Shown here: positions 56,163 through 64,000 of the stretch, piece by piece
How the letters are laid out: each line of letters begins with the position of its first letter
How positions within the stretch are numbered: the first letter of the stretch is position 1
Assembly (NCBI GenBank): GCA_964650355.1
Contig: CAZYTL010000004.1
Coordinates: forward strand, 67,912-131,911
Origin: an uncultured Gammaproteobacteria bacterium
GTDB lineage: Bacteria; Patescibacteriota; Microgenomatia; CAYXHB01; CAZYTL01
Direction: 5' to 3'
DNA: 64,000 nucleotides
Notes under the pieces: model-generated
Databases searched by the model: none
What the model saw: only the letters and a program-made list of their open reading frames with translations
What the model was told of the DNA's origin: nothing
Made by a program: the position numbers and the translations under genes

Positions 56163-57941
56163 TTATTTAAACTTTTCGCTTCTTAATACATAAAAATGGA
56201 AAAACGTAAACTCCGGCATTCGATAATCATTCACAATCTCAAAACCTGCCTTCTTAATCGACTCCCGCCATCTTTTTTCAGGAAAACCGGCCGCTTCCAA
56301 CTCCCAGTAATGATTACCCGGCCGTAGATGCTTTCTGGGGCTCGGAAAAGTAAATCCCCACTTCCAGGTAGGCAAAAACCACAATTTCACCCTTACCAAA
56401 AAATTTATTCCTTTATGTGGTACCGAAATCACTGCGTATTTGGCTCTTCTGGCCATCTCTGCCAGAGCTTTCTCCGAATCACCATATTCAATATGCTCCA
56501 AAGTCTGACAGCACAAAATACAATCGAACTTCTTCGGCTTATCCACCGGAATCTCCGGTAATGCCCCCACATAGTCCGGATTCAACTCCGGGTCAATATC
56601 CATGGTCACCACTTTCATCCCTTGACTCTGTAGCACACTCGCCACGCTCTTGTCCGCTGGCCCAATCTCCAACACCGAAATCGCCTTCTTTCCTAGTCTT
56701 TGAGCCACCTCTTGGACCAACTGTATCTGGTGGTAATAGGCAGTCCACCTCTCCTCATGTACATACCGGTCAAACCCAAAATAATCCTTATTCTCCTGCT
56801 TCTGATATTTGGCTTTGCTCTCTTCGTCGTCTTCACTTGACACGACTGATAAACTTTTCAAATCCGTCGTGTCATCCCGCACAGACTTGAAACCAGGTGA
56901 GGTTTCAACCTGTTGCGGGATCTTCCCCTCACCTTCAGACCCTCCTGCTGATCTCGCCGCTACTTCCTCTGAGTTAAGCCCTCCTACCTCCTCCTTATTA
57001 GAAATCTTAATCTTCTCTTTATCATCATCTGCCAACACCTTTGACGATTCGGCCATCTCCCACTTCGCCGTCATCTTACTTTCGTTTTTACGAGCCTTCC
57101 AGGCGCAATACTGATTCACCGCAAAAATATAACTACAGGCAATCGGGTCTTTAATAAATTGAACAACTAAGTTCTTCACAAACAAACCTCGGGGAATAGC
57201 TCTCTCCTTCTCCACCAATTCTTTAGGAAAATATTTGCTCATCCTCACCGGTGAAGCCTTAAACCTGCTCATCTGTCTGATGTGATCCCTTAAAGTCTGG
57301 GGAGACCTGAACCAGACTATCGCGCTGGGTACGTGCTTAAATTTATAACCCTTTTCCAAACAAACAAAATAGGTATAAGTATCATTACAAATCATGTCCT
57401 CGGGTACATGAATCTTCTTTGTCAACTCCCTCCGATAAGCCAAAATCCTCCCATCAGCCGCCATCACATTGTTTCCTCCTTTAACTTTGGCTCTGAAATC
57501 TAAATATGCCTCTACAGTTCTATTCACTGCCCGTTCAGTAAAAGTAGTAGCCGCCAATGGCCTGGGATTACCTCCGCACATCCCCACTTTCGGATCCTTT
57601 ATCAGAGGTTGAATCATATCCCTGACCACATACTCATGACTGAAAATTACGTCCGCATCAGTCTGTACCAAAAAATCCGTATCTAACTTCTGATAAATTT
57701 GATTTAACCGACTTGACTTACCCAAGCGCTTCCGGTCATCAAACACTTTCACCTTACGTGATTTAAAAGCCTTCACCACCTTCACTGTCTCATCGTCAGA
57801 TCCGTCATTAAACACCCAAATTTGCTTCAACTTAAACCCTTCCTCTTTCTGGTCCAACACAGACTCCAGCCACTTACCAATGTTCTTTTCTTCATTGTAA
57901 GCGCTCACTGCAATGGTCACGGTTGGTAGTCGTTTCTTCAT
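56163..57941 (-). CDS. GT2 glycosyltransferase fused to a class I SAM-dependent methyltransferase
   Basis: AYNEE, DGSDD, DAD; C-terminal VLEIGP, MDID, FDCILCCQTLEHI, HYWEL. Confidence 0.88.
   Translation of the reverse strand: MKKRLPTVTIAVSAYNEEKNIGKWLESVLDQKEEGFKLKQIWVFNDGSDDETVKVVKAFKSRKVKVFDDRKRLGKSSRLNQIYQKLDTDFLVQTDADVIFSHEYVVRDMIQPLIKDPKVGMCGGNPRPLAATTFTERAVNRTVEAYLDFRAKVKGGNNVMAADGRILAYRRELTKKIHVPEDMICNDTYTYFVCLEKGYKFKHVPSAIVWFRSPQTLRDHIRQMSRFKASPVRMSKYFPKELVEKERAIPRGLFVKNLVVQFIKDPIACSYIFAVNQYCAWKARKNESKMTAKWEMAESSKVLADDDKEKIKISNKEEVGGLNSEEVAARSAGGSEGEGKIPQQVETSPGFKSVRDDTTDLKSLSVVSSEDDEESKAKYQKQENKDYFGFDRYVHEERWTAYYHQIQLVQEVAQRLGKKAISVLEIGPADKSVASVLQSQGMKVVTMDIDPELNPDYVGALPEIPVDKPKKFDCILCCQTLEHIEYGDSEKALAEMARRAKYAVISVPHKGINFLVRVKLWFLPTWKWGFTFPSPRKHLRPGNHYWELEAAGFPEKRWRESIKKAGFEIVNDYRMPEFTFFHFYVLRSEKFK
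56871..56923. repeat. Long REP/RPE-like palindrome inside the coding linker
   Basis: ATCCCGCA-CAG-ac-TTGAAACC-aggtga-GGTTTCAA-c-CTG-t-TGCGGGAT. Confidence 0.65.
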
Positions 57942-57945
57942 AAAT

Positions 57946-58866
57946 TTATTTATGGGATAACACTTTTGAACTCACAGACGAATTCCACAACGGATTATAG
58001 AACTCGGTGGTCCATTGACTCTCCACTCTGCACTTAATCAATATCAGTCCGTAAGCAATAGTTCTTATCGGATCGACCAATAACGCCTTCGCTCCCGATT
58101 CAACCATCAGCTTCGTAGGCACCCTATATTCCTGCTCCACATCCAGGTCAGGAAACAATTCCGCCATCTTCTTCTGACTCAGCATCGCCCTCACACTCTG
58201 CCTGCTATGGCCCGCCAAGTTATCCGGCGAACGATACCATACCACCGCCTTAGGCTGATAAACAAATTTCCACCCCTTTGATTTGCAACTCAAATAACTG
58301 AAAGCATCTTCCCCCACCACCGGCAAAAATCTTAACTGCCGGTAAAAATCCTTCTTAAAAGCCCTGGCCCTCCCATGACACAAATGGATCGTGTCTCCTT
58401 TTCTAATCTTTTCCGCCATTTCAATCTTCACTACATGACTAAAATTAATCACTGACTCAAACCAGTTTCTGGCAGGCATAGGCACCACTTTCGCTCCCAC
58501 CAAACCGACCTGATCGTTCCGTCTCATCGGCTCAACTAATCTGGTTAAAAACCCACCGCCTGCAGGCAACACATCTGCATTCATCAACACCAACACATCC
58601 GACATACAGGCTTTAATTATCCGATTCTGACTTTTAGCCTGGCCGCTCCTTTGCCTATTCCGCAATAATTCCACTCTTTTGTCCTTAATTCCTTTGACTA
58701 TCTCATCCGTCCTGTCCCGACTCGCATCCGATACTACCACGATCTTATCCAGCTTAAATCCTTCCTTCTTTTGCTTCAATAACTCCTTCAGCAACCGGCC
58801 AATATTCCCCTCCTCATTGTAAGCCGGAATTCCGATGGTAATAGTCAAATTCTTATTTATTTTCAT
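57946..58866 (-). CDS. GT2 glycosyltransferase
   Basis: IPAYNEE, DAS.D.T, NAD, GED. Confidence 0.9.
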   Translation of the reverse strand: MKINKNLTITIGIPAYNEEGNIGRLLKELLKQKKEGFKLDKIVVVSDASRDRTDEIVKGIKDKRVELLRNRQRSGQAKSQNRIIKACMSDVLVLMNADVLPAGGGFLTRLVEPMRRNDQVGLVGAKVVPMPARNWFESVINFSHVVKIEMAEKIRKGDTIHLCHGRARAFKKDFYRQLRFLPVVGEDAFSYLSCKSKGWKFVYQPKAVVWYRSPDNLAGHSRQSVRAMLSQKKMAELFPDLDVEQEYRVPTKLMVESGAKALLVDPIRTIAYGLILIKCRVESQWTTEFYNPLWNSSVSSKVLSHK

Positions 58867-58932
58867 ATTCAGTAAATTAAGTTCTCCTTATTCGTATCAT
58901 TCGGATGTTTATTTGTAGATTAGGATCGCATT

Positions 58933-61900
58933 TTATTCTCTTTGATAAATAACATTTGGCACTAATCGAGGACGCTTAATCTCCTCCGGAACCGCTCTCA
59001 CTTCTGCAGCATCTTCAATTAACTGCAAAAACTTCTCCGCTGCCTTGTCCCAAGTAAACTGTTGCACAAATACATAGGCATTGCTACCCATCCTGCTCCT
59101 TAAACTCTCATGAGTAATTGCCACTTCCATTGTCTTAGCCCAGGCGTCTACGTCCTTTAAGGCCACCAGCCAGCCCGTTTTCCCGTCCACCACCGAATCG
59201 CACAATCCGTGCACTTTAGCTGCAATCGTCGGAGTTCCGCACGCATTCGCCTCCAACACCACCAGGCTCCAACCTTCTATTGACGACGGCTGCAGCAGCA
59301 CCCAGCTGCTCGATAACAACTTAACTTTTACCTTCTCGCTCACCTTACCCCAGAACTTCACCGACTTTTCGACTCTCAAATTTTTGACCAACTTCATCAA
59401 ATCCCGGGTCTTTTCCCCTTCCCCCGCGATTTCCAACCTGGCATCCGGGAACTTCTTTACCACCTGGCTGAAAGCCTTAATTCCCACATCCACGTTCTTA
59501 TACGCCTGATGTCTGCCCACATACACAAAAGACGGATACTTAGTCTTGGCACCTCGATAATAATCTTTCAAATTCACCCCGCAATACGCAAACTCGATCT
59601 GCTCCGGCTTAAACCGACCCAAACTTACAATATCCTTCTTAGACGATTCTGAAATCGTCACCACCTGCTCGTTTCTATACAACCACGGCATCACCACTCC
59701 TTCCATCAACTTAGCTATCACCGCAAACGATTTTAAGTACCATCTTAATTGCAAATGCTTCAAATACACTCCCTGATGCACATGATAAACCACTAAAAAC
59801 TTAGGTTTCCTCACATACAAAGGCGTAAAAAATGGAATCCCGTTCTCACAATCCACCACCACGTCAAACTTCCCCCTGAACCTGGTCACGTAACACCAAA
59901 ACGCCCAGAAATAAACCGTATAAAAGCCTCCCTTACGTACTATCCGCACCCCGTCGATTACTTCTTCTTCTTTATTCTTCTTGTCATTGCCACAAAACAA
60001 CGTCACCTCATGCCCTTCTTTTACCCAACGCTTGGCCATTTCGTGAGCATAAACTTCTGCTCCTCCTGCCCACACGTGCTTAATATCCCGCCAGTTATAA
60101 ATCAGAATCCGTAATCCTTTCCCTTCTTCCTCCTCCAGCTCCTTATGCCCGTTACCGCTCCCGTTTCCCCAAACAATCCTCACCCTCCCGAACACCTTCT
60201 CCATCACCTTTTCTATCTGCTTGGCAAACACATGCATCACCAGCATTCCTTCCATGAACACCACTCCTGACAACAACATCATCATCGCCATCATCTCCAC
60301 TGATTGATGCCAAACCGCCAACCCTGCCACCTGCATGATCGATAACCCCAATCCCACCACCGGAAACACATTCTTCTTCTTCAACTGGTAATAAGACATG
60401 AAATTGTTGGCAATCGCAAACAACACACTCGCCCCCGCATAGATCGGCAATAATCCCAAAATCACTCTTGATTTCTCCCCCAACAACAACGGCACGGTCA
60501 ACCTCCCCAACCATCCCACCGCCACAAACCCGGCTAAATTAACTACTGTGGCCAACCCTAACAATTTGTAAAATACTGACTTAGAATCCCTGCCTGCTCC
60601 TTCTTCCCTACTCACCAACGGAGGAATAAATTGGGCAAACAGTGATCCGCCGAAAAACACCATCTTTCCTACCAAAGACAACAACGCATATTCACCTGCT
60701 TCCACCGGTGACAAAAAGTACTTTGCCGCCACCACGTCCAAATTCATGAATCCCAAAGTGGCCAGTTTCGTCATCAAGGAAGTACCTACAAACTTATAAG
60801 ACAACTGCCGAATTTGCTTCTTACTCGCTTCTACCATATCCACCGGCAACCTGATGGCCACACTCCAACCGATAAACAATCCCATCCCCATCGACACCGG
60901 AATCGCCGCATATACCCAGGCATTCAATCCCAGTTTCACCAACACCACCGAAATCACCAACTTGGCCAAAGCCTCTGTCAGAATCACCACCCCCATGGCT
61001 GCAAACTTCATACTTCCCCGCAAAAATCCGCTATCAATCGCATACAATGTTCCGATTATCCACACCGGAGTAAACAAATAAAACGGCAACATGTCGCTGC
61101 TCTGGAACACTCTGGCCCAAATCGGCACCGTCATCAACCACATTCCCGTGATCGCAATCGCCACCTTCATTGCCTGCCACCTGGTGTATCGCCAAAACCT
61201 CTTCGCCACTTCCCCATGTTCACCTAACCAATACCCGCTTTTGTACATCACCGTTCTGGAAACTGCCTGCAGCGGGATCTGGGCCAAATACACCAAACTT
61301 CCCATTAAACTTACCAACCCGAACTGCTCCACACTTACCGCTCTTCCCAGATAAGCATTATATAAAAAGTTCAAAAAATTACTCGCTACCGACGCCCCCA
61401 CCAACACTCCACCCATAGAAGTTGCCGACTTTAACTGGTCAATCAACCAACCAGTCTGCTCTTTATCTACTCTCCGCGTCTTCCGCGCTCCCGCTTTACC
61501 ATCCGTCTGTCCGGACTGACTCTCAGCTTGATCAGTTTTCCCGTTTAGCCAACTCAAAGGCCAAAAATCACCTAATGAAATCAACCCTCTCCTCTTGCCA
61601 TTTGCTAATCCTGGTAAACTTCCCATCTCTGCATTAATTGGAACCTCCATCCGTCCCCCCCTAACCGCCGAAGCAGTCGCATACACCGGCGCCGGCTGCG
61701 GCAAAACCTCCGGTCCCCACGCCGGCTCTTCCACCACTTCTTCTTCCGCCTGTTCTAGGTGGAAACCGTGTTTGGTTTTCGCCCAATAATAAGGATTCAC
61801 TATCACCTCATAACCCGCCCGCCAGGCAGCCACGCTCATCCCCAGCCAATAAAAGGGCACTAAAAACACATACTTAATCAACTCCCACTGTCCCCGCTTG

Positions 61901-63969
61901 GCACATCCCACCATGTAAGCGTACAAATAACAAAAATTACCAAATACCATTGAAAACACCCCCAAATATAAAATCGGAGTCAAATATAAAGATTCGATCA
62001 CTTCCCCTACTATTGGCCTGAAAGCAAAATAACTTGCCGTCAACAACCATAAAAACGGATTCACCATCATCGACAACACCTTTCCTCCCACCGTCAACTG
62101 AAAGTACAAATTCTTCACCCACGTCCAACCATCATCATCTGATTTGACAACATCTGAATTCTGAATTCTAACTCCTAACTCCTGTATTCCTGATCCCTGA
62201 TTACTGCTTACTGATTGCTTGTTTCTTCTCATATGAACAAGGTACGTCTGTACATACCCCTTCACCCATCTGGTTCTTTGCCTATACCAGTTAAATATCC
62301 TGCTATTAGCTTCTTCCCAGGTCGTGGAATCCACAATCGCCGTCTGATAACCATGCTTCACCAGCCGCATTCCCAAATCGCAATCCTCTGTCACATTAAA
62401 CGCATCCCATTTATGCAATCTCAGCAAATCCTCAGTCCTAAAATGATTCGAAGTCCCGCCCAAAGGAATCGGCGCCTGAATCGACTGTAAACCTGGCAGG
62501 ATCAAATCAAACCACAGCGAATATTCAGCCGTAAACAACCTAGTGAGTAAATTTTGTTCCTGATTATAATAATTTAACTTAGCTTGAATACAAATCGTCT
62601 GCGGCCCTGCTTTTCTAAAAGCTAATACGGCTTTTTTCAACTGTAACGCATCTGGCCAGTCTTCCGCATCATAAACCACTACATACTCACCCTTGGCCAT
62701 CGATAAACCATAATTACACGCCTTTGGCTTCGTCTTAGGCAATCCGTGCGGCACCACCACCACCTGAAAATAATCAGGCAAATCAAACTCTCCCACCTTA
62801 TTAATTGTCTGTCTGTCATCCTCTTCCAATAACAGCAACACTTGCAACCTATCTTTGGGATAATCCAACTGCTGAATTCCCTGCACGAACTGGGGCACCA
62901 CCTGCCACTCCTTATATAACGGACACAAAATCGTATAACTCGGCCACTTATCCCCAAAGTCATTCATCTCCTCCTCTGTTACCTTAAACTCCACATCTTT
63001 CGCCAGACTCCTGTACACCAGCCATAAACTGAACACCAAATCAGCCAAATAATATAAAGTCAACCCGCTAATCACCCCAATCAGCGTCCCCCTCCAGTTC
63101 ACTGCCAAACCCAAGACCAGCAGCGCTGTTAACAATCCGATCACCAACTTTTGCCGACCGGTCGCCTGTTCGAACGCGCTTTCCGTCTTAGGTAAATCAG
63201 TTCGCGGCTCATACCTTTGCCCCTTATGCACCCACTTTTCTTCCTCTTCTGATTTTTGCTCTGTCATCGTCCCTTTCCTCCTTCTCATTTTTAACTTCAG
63301 AGCCGACCACCCAATCTCCAGACTCGTTTTCAAGATATTTACTTTTGCTTGACCTACAGTTCTCTCTGCAAAATCAATCTCCACTCCTCCAATTCTATAA
63401 CCCGCCTCCCTGGCATTCAGTAAAAATTCCAAATCAAACGTCCATCCTGTGGGATCCAATTCCATCCCCTCCAGCACCTGTTTGCGCCATACCTTCAATC
63501 CGGACTGCACGTCACAGTTCAAACCATGTAATCCCTTACCAAACACCCATCTAAACGCCTTACTTACCACCCTCCGTTTCCACCCGGTCCCCTGATAATT
63601 CCGATTCGCCACCACCACATCCGCCTCACCACTGGCAATTCTTTCCACCATTTCTGCGAGCGCTTCCGGCGGATACTGCAAATCCGCATCCATCATCCCC
63701 ACCACATCATACTTAGCCTGGGCAAATCCCTCTAACAACGAAAAAGCCTTACCTTGCGGACCTTGTTTTTCTACTAATCTGACCGGATAATCCTTACTCA
63801 GCGTCAAAGTCTCCTCTCGTGTTCCGTCAGTTGATCGGTCATTCACCACCAATACCTCATAGCCAATCCCAGCTGACCGCAAATTCGCGTCAATTCTTTT
63901 CACCAACGGGGTTAGATTTCCTTCCTCGTTAAACGCTGGAACAACAATTGAGATATATACCTGGGACAT
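58933..63969 (-). CDS. 1678-aa fusion: DPM1-like GT2 + processive CesA-like GT2 + Wzx-like flippase + GT4
   Basis: PAFNEE/DADLQ; TKPKACN, YDAED, TEDCDLG, QRTRW; about 12-TM flippase region (NFLYNAYLGR, AGEYA); WRD...GGAE, GR....KN, EGWSLVVLEA. Confidence 0.9.
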   Translation of the reverse strand: MSQVYISIVVPAFNEEGNLTPLVKRIDANLRSAGIGYEVLVVNDRSTDGTREETLTLSKDYPVRLVEKQGPQGKAFSLLEGFAQAKYDVVGMMDADLQYPPEALAEMVERIASGEADVVVANRNYQGTGWKRRVVSKAFRWVFGKGLHGLNCDVQSGLKVWRKQVLEGMELDPTGWTFDLEFLLNAREAGYRIGGVEIDFAERTVGQAKVNILKTSLEIGWSALKLKMRRRKGTMTEQKSEEEEKWVHKGQRYEPRTDLPKTESAFEQATGRQKLVIGLLTALLVLGLAVNWRGTLIGVISGLTLYYLADLVFSLWLVYRSLAKDVEFKVTEEEMNDFGDKWPSYTILCPLYKEWQVVPQFVQGIQQLDYPKDRLQVLLLLEEDDRQTINKVGEFDLPDYFQVVVVPHGLPKTKPKACNYGLSMAKGEYVVVYDAEDWPDALQLKKAVLAFRKAGPQTICIQAKLNYYNQEQNLLTRLFTAEYSLWFDLILPGLQSIQAPIPLGGTSNHFRTEDLLRLHKWDAFNVTEDCDLGMRLVKHGYQTAIVDSTTWEEANSRIFNWYRQRTRWVKGYVQTYLVHMRRNKQSVSSNQGSGIQELGVRIQNSDVVKSDDDGWTWVKNLYFQLTVGGKVLSMMVNPFLWLLTASYFAFRPIVGEVIESLYLTPILYLGVFSMVFGNFCYLYAYMVGCAKRGQWELIKYVFLVPFYWLGMSVAAWRAGYEVIVNPYYWAKTKHGFHLEQAEEEVVEEPAWGPEVLPQPAPVYATASAVRGGRMEVPINAEMGSLPGLANGKRRGLISLGDFWPLSWLNGKTDQAESQSGQTDGKAGARKTRRVDKEQTGWLIDQLKSATSMGGVLVGASVASNFLNFLYNAYLGRAVSVEQFGLVSLMGSLVYLAQIPLQAVSRTVMYKSGYWLGEHGEVAKRFWRYTRWQAMKVAIAITGMWLMTVPIWARVFQSSDMLPFYLFTPVWIIGTLYAIDSGFLRGSMKFAAMGVVILTEALAKLVISVVLVKLGLNAWVYAAIPVSMGMGLFIGWSVAIRLPVDMVEASKKQIRQLSYKFVGTSLMTKLATLGFMNLDVVAAKYFLSPVEAGEYALLSLVGKMVFFGGSLFAQFIPPLVSREEGAGRDSKSVFYKLLGLATVVNLAGFVAVGWLGRLTVPLLLGEKSRVILGLLPIYAGASVLFAIANNFMSYYQLKKKNVFPVVGLGLSIMQVAGLAVWHQSVEMMAMMMLLSGVVFMEGMLVMHVFAKQIEKVMEKVFGRVRIVWGNGSGNGHKELEEEEGKGLRILIYNWRDIKHVWAGGAEVYAHEMAKRWVKEGHEVTLFCGNDKKNKEEEVIDGVRIVRKGGFYTVYFWAFWCYVTRFRGKFDVVVDCENGIPFFTPLYVRKPKFLVVYHVHQGVYLKHLQLRWYLKSFAVIAKLMEGVVMPWLYRNEQVVTISESSKKDIVSLGRFKPEQIEFAYCGVNLKDYYRGAKTKYPSFVYVGRHQAYKNVDVGIKAFSQVVKKFPDARLEIAGEGEKTRDLMKLVKNLRVEKSVKFWGKVSEKVKVKLLSSSWVLLQPSSIEGWSLVVLEANACGTPTIAAKVHGLCDSVVDGKTGWLVALKDVDAWAKTMEVAITHESLRSRMGSNAYVFVQQFTWDKAAEKFLQLIEDAAEVRAVPEEIKRPRLVPNVIYQRE

Positions 63970-64000
63970 AACTTAAAATTCCCCCATCCCAATTTACCGC

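Noticed and set aside
1-64000. Alternative genetic code (UGA=Gly), tRNA/rRNA genes, transposases, prophage
   Set aside because: Conserved genes translate full length with code 11 and several end in TGA; no tRNA/rRNA folds, transposase, integrase or virion motifs were recognised by eye.

Overview
64-kb window of a bacterial chromosome using genetic code 11. It most likely comes from a Patescibacteria/CPR organism of the Microgenomates type; this is inferred from the many leaderless genes, strong strand skew, divergent group-3b-like hydrogenase and orphan-rich gene content. From left to right: (1) a >1070-aa minus-strand ORF missing from the supplied track, which runs off the window and fuses a RecB-type PD-(D/E)xK nuclease to a DnaG-type primase; (2) class II aldolase-like, DAGK-like and DinB genes; (3) a fermentative redox cluster with HypC, NiFe hydrogenase small and large subunits, a maturation protease, DUF6390, ferredoxin, an FNR-like reductase, 2-oxoacid:ferredoxin oxidoreductase alpha/beta, an MsrQ-like membrane protein and acetyl-CoA synthetase; (4) large secreted dockerin-tagged carbohydrate-active proteins and an ABC exporter; (5) an accessory zone with a duplicated cupin 3' end and an AT-rich three-gene cassette ending in an ADP-ribosyltransferase-like gene; (6) a frameshifted RpoD paralog; (7) a PIG-L deacetylase-cysS operon preceded by a complete Cys-Cys-Cys leader-peptide attenuator; (8) hsp20 with a CIRCE operator and two covarying tandem hairpins in its leader; (9) a roughly 15-kb surface-polysaccharide locus with a 1678-aa four-module glycosyltransferase/flippase fusion. 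Period-7 tandem repeats and REP-like palindromes occur throughout, several of them in frame inside conserved genes. No tRNA, rRNA, CRISPR array or transposase was recognised. All calls come from motif reading by eye; no database searches were run.
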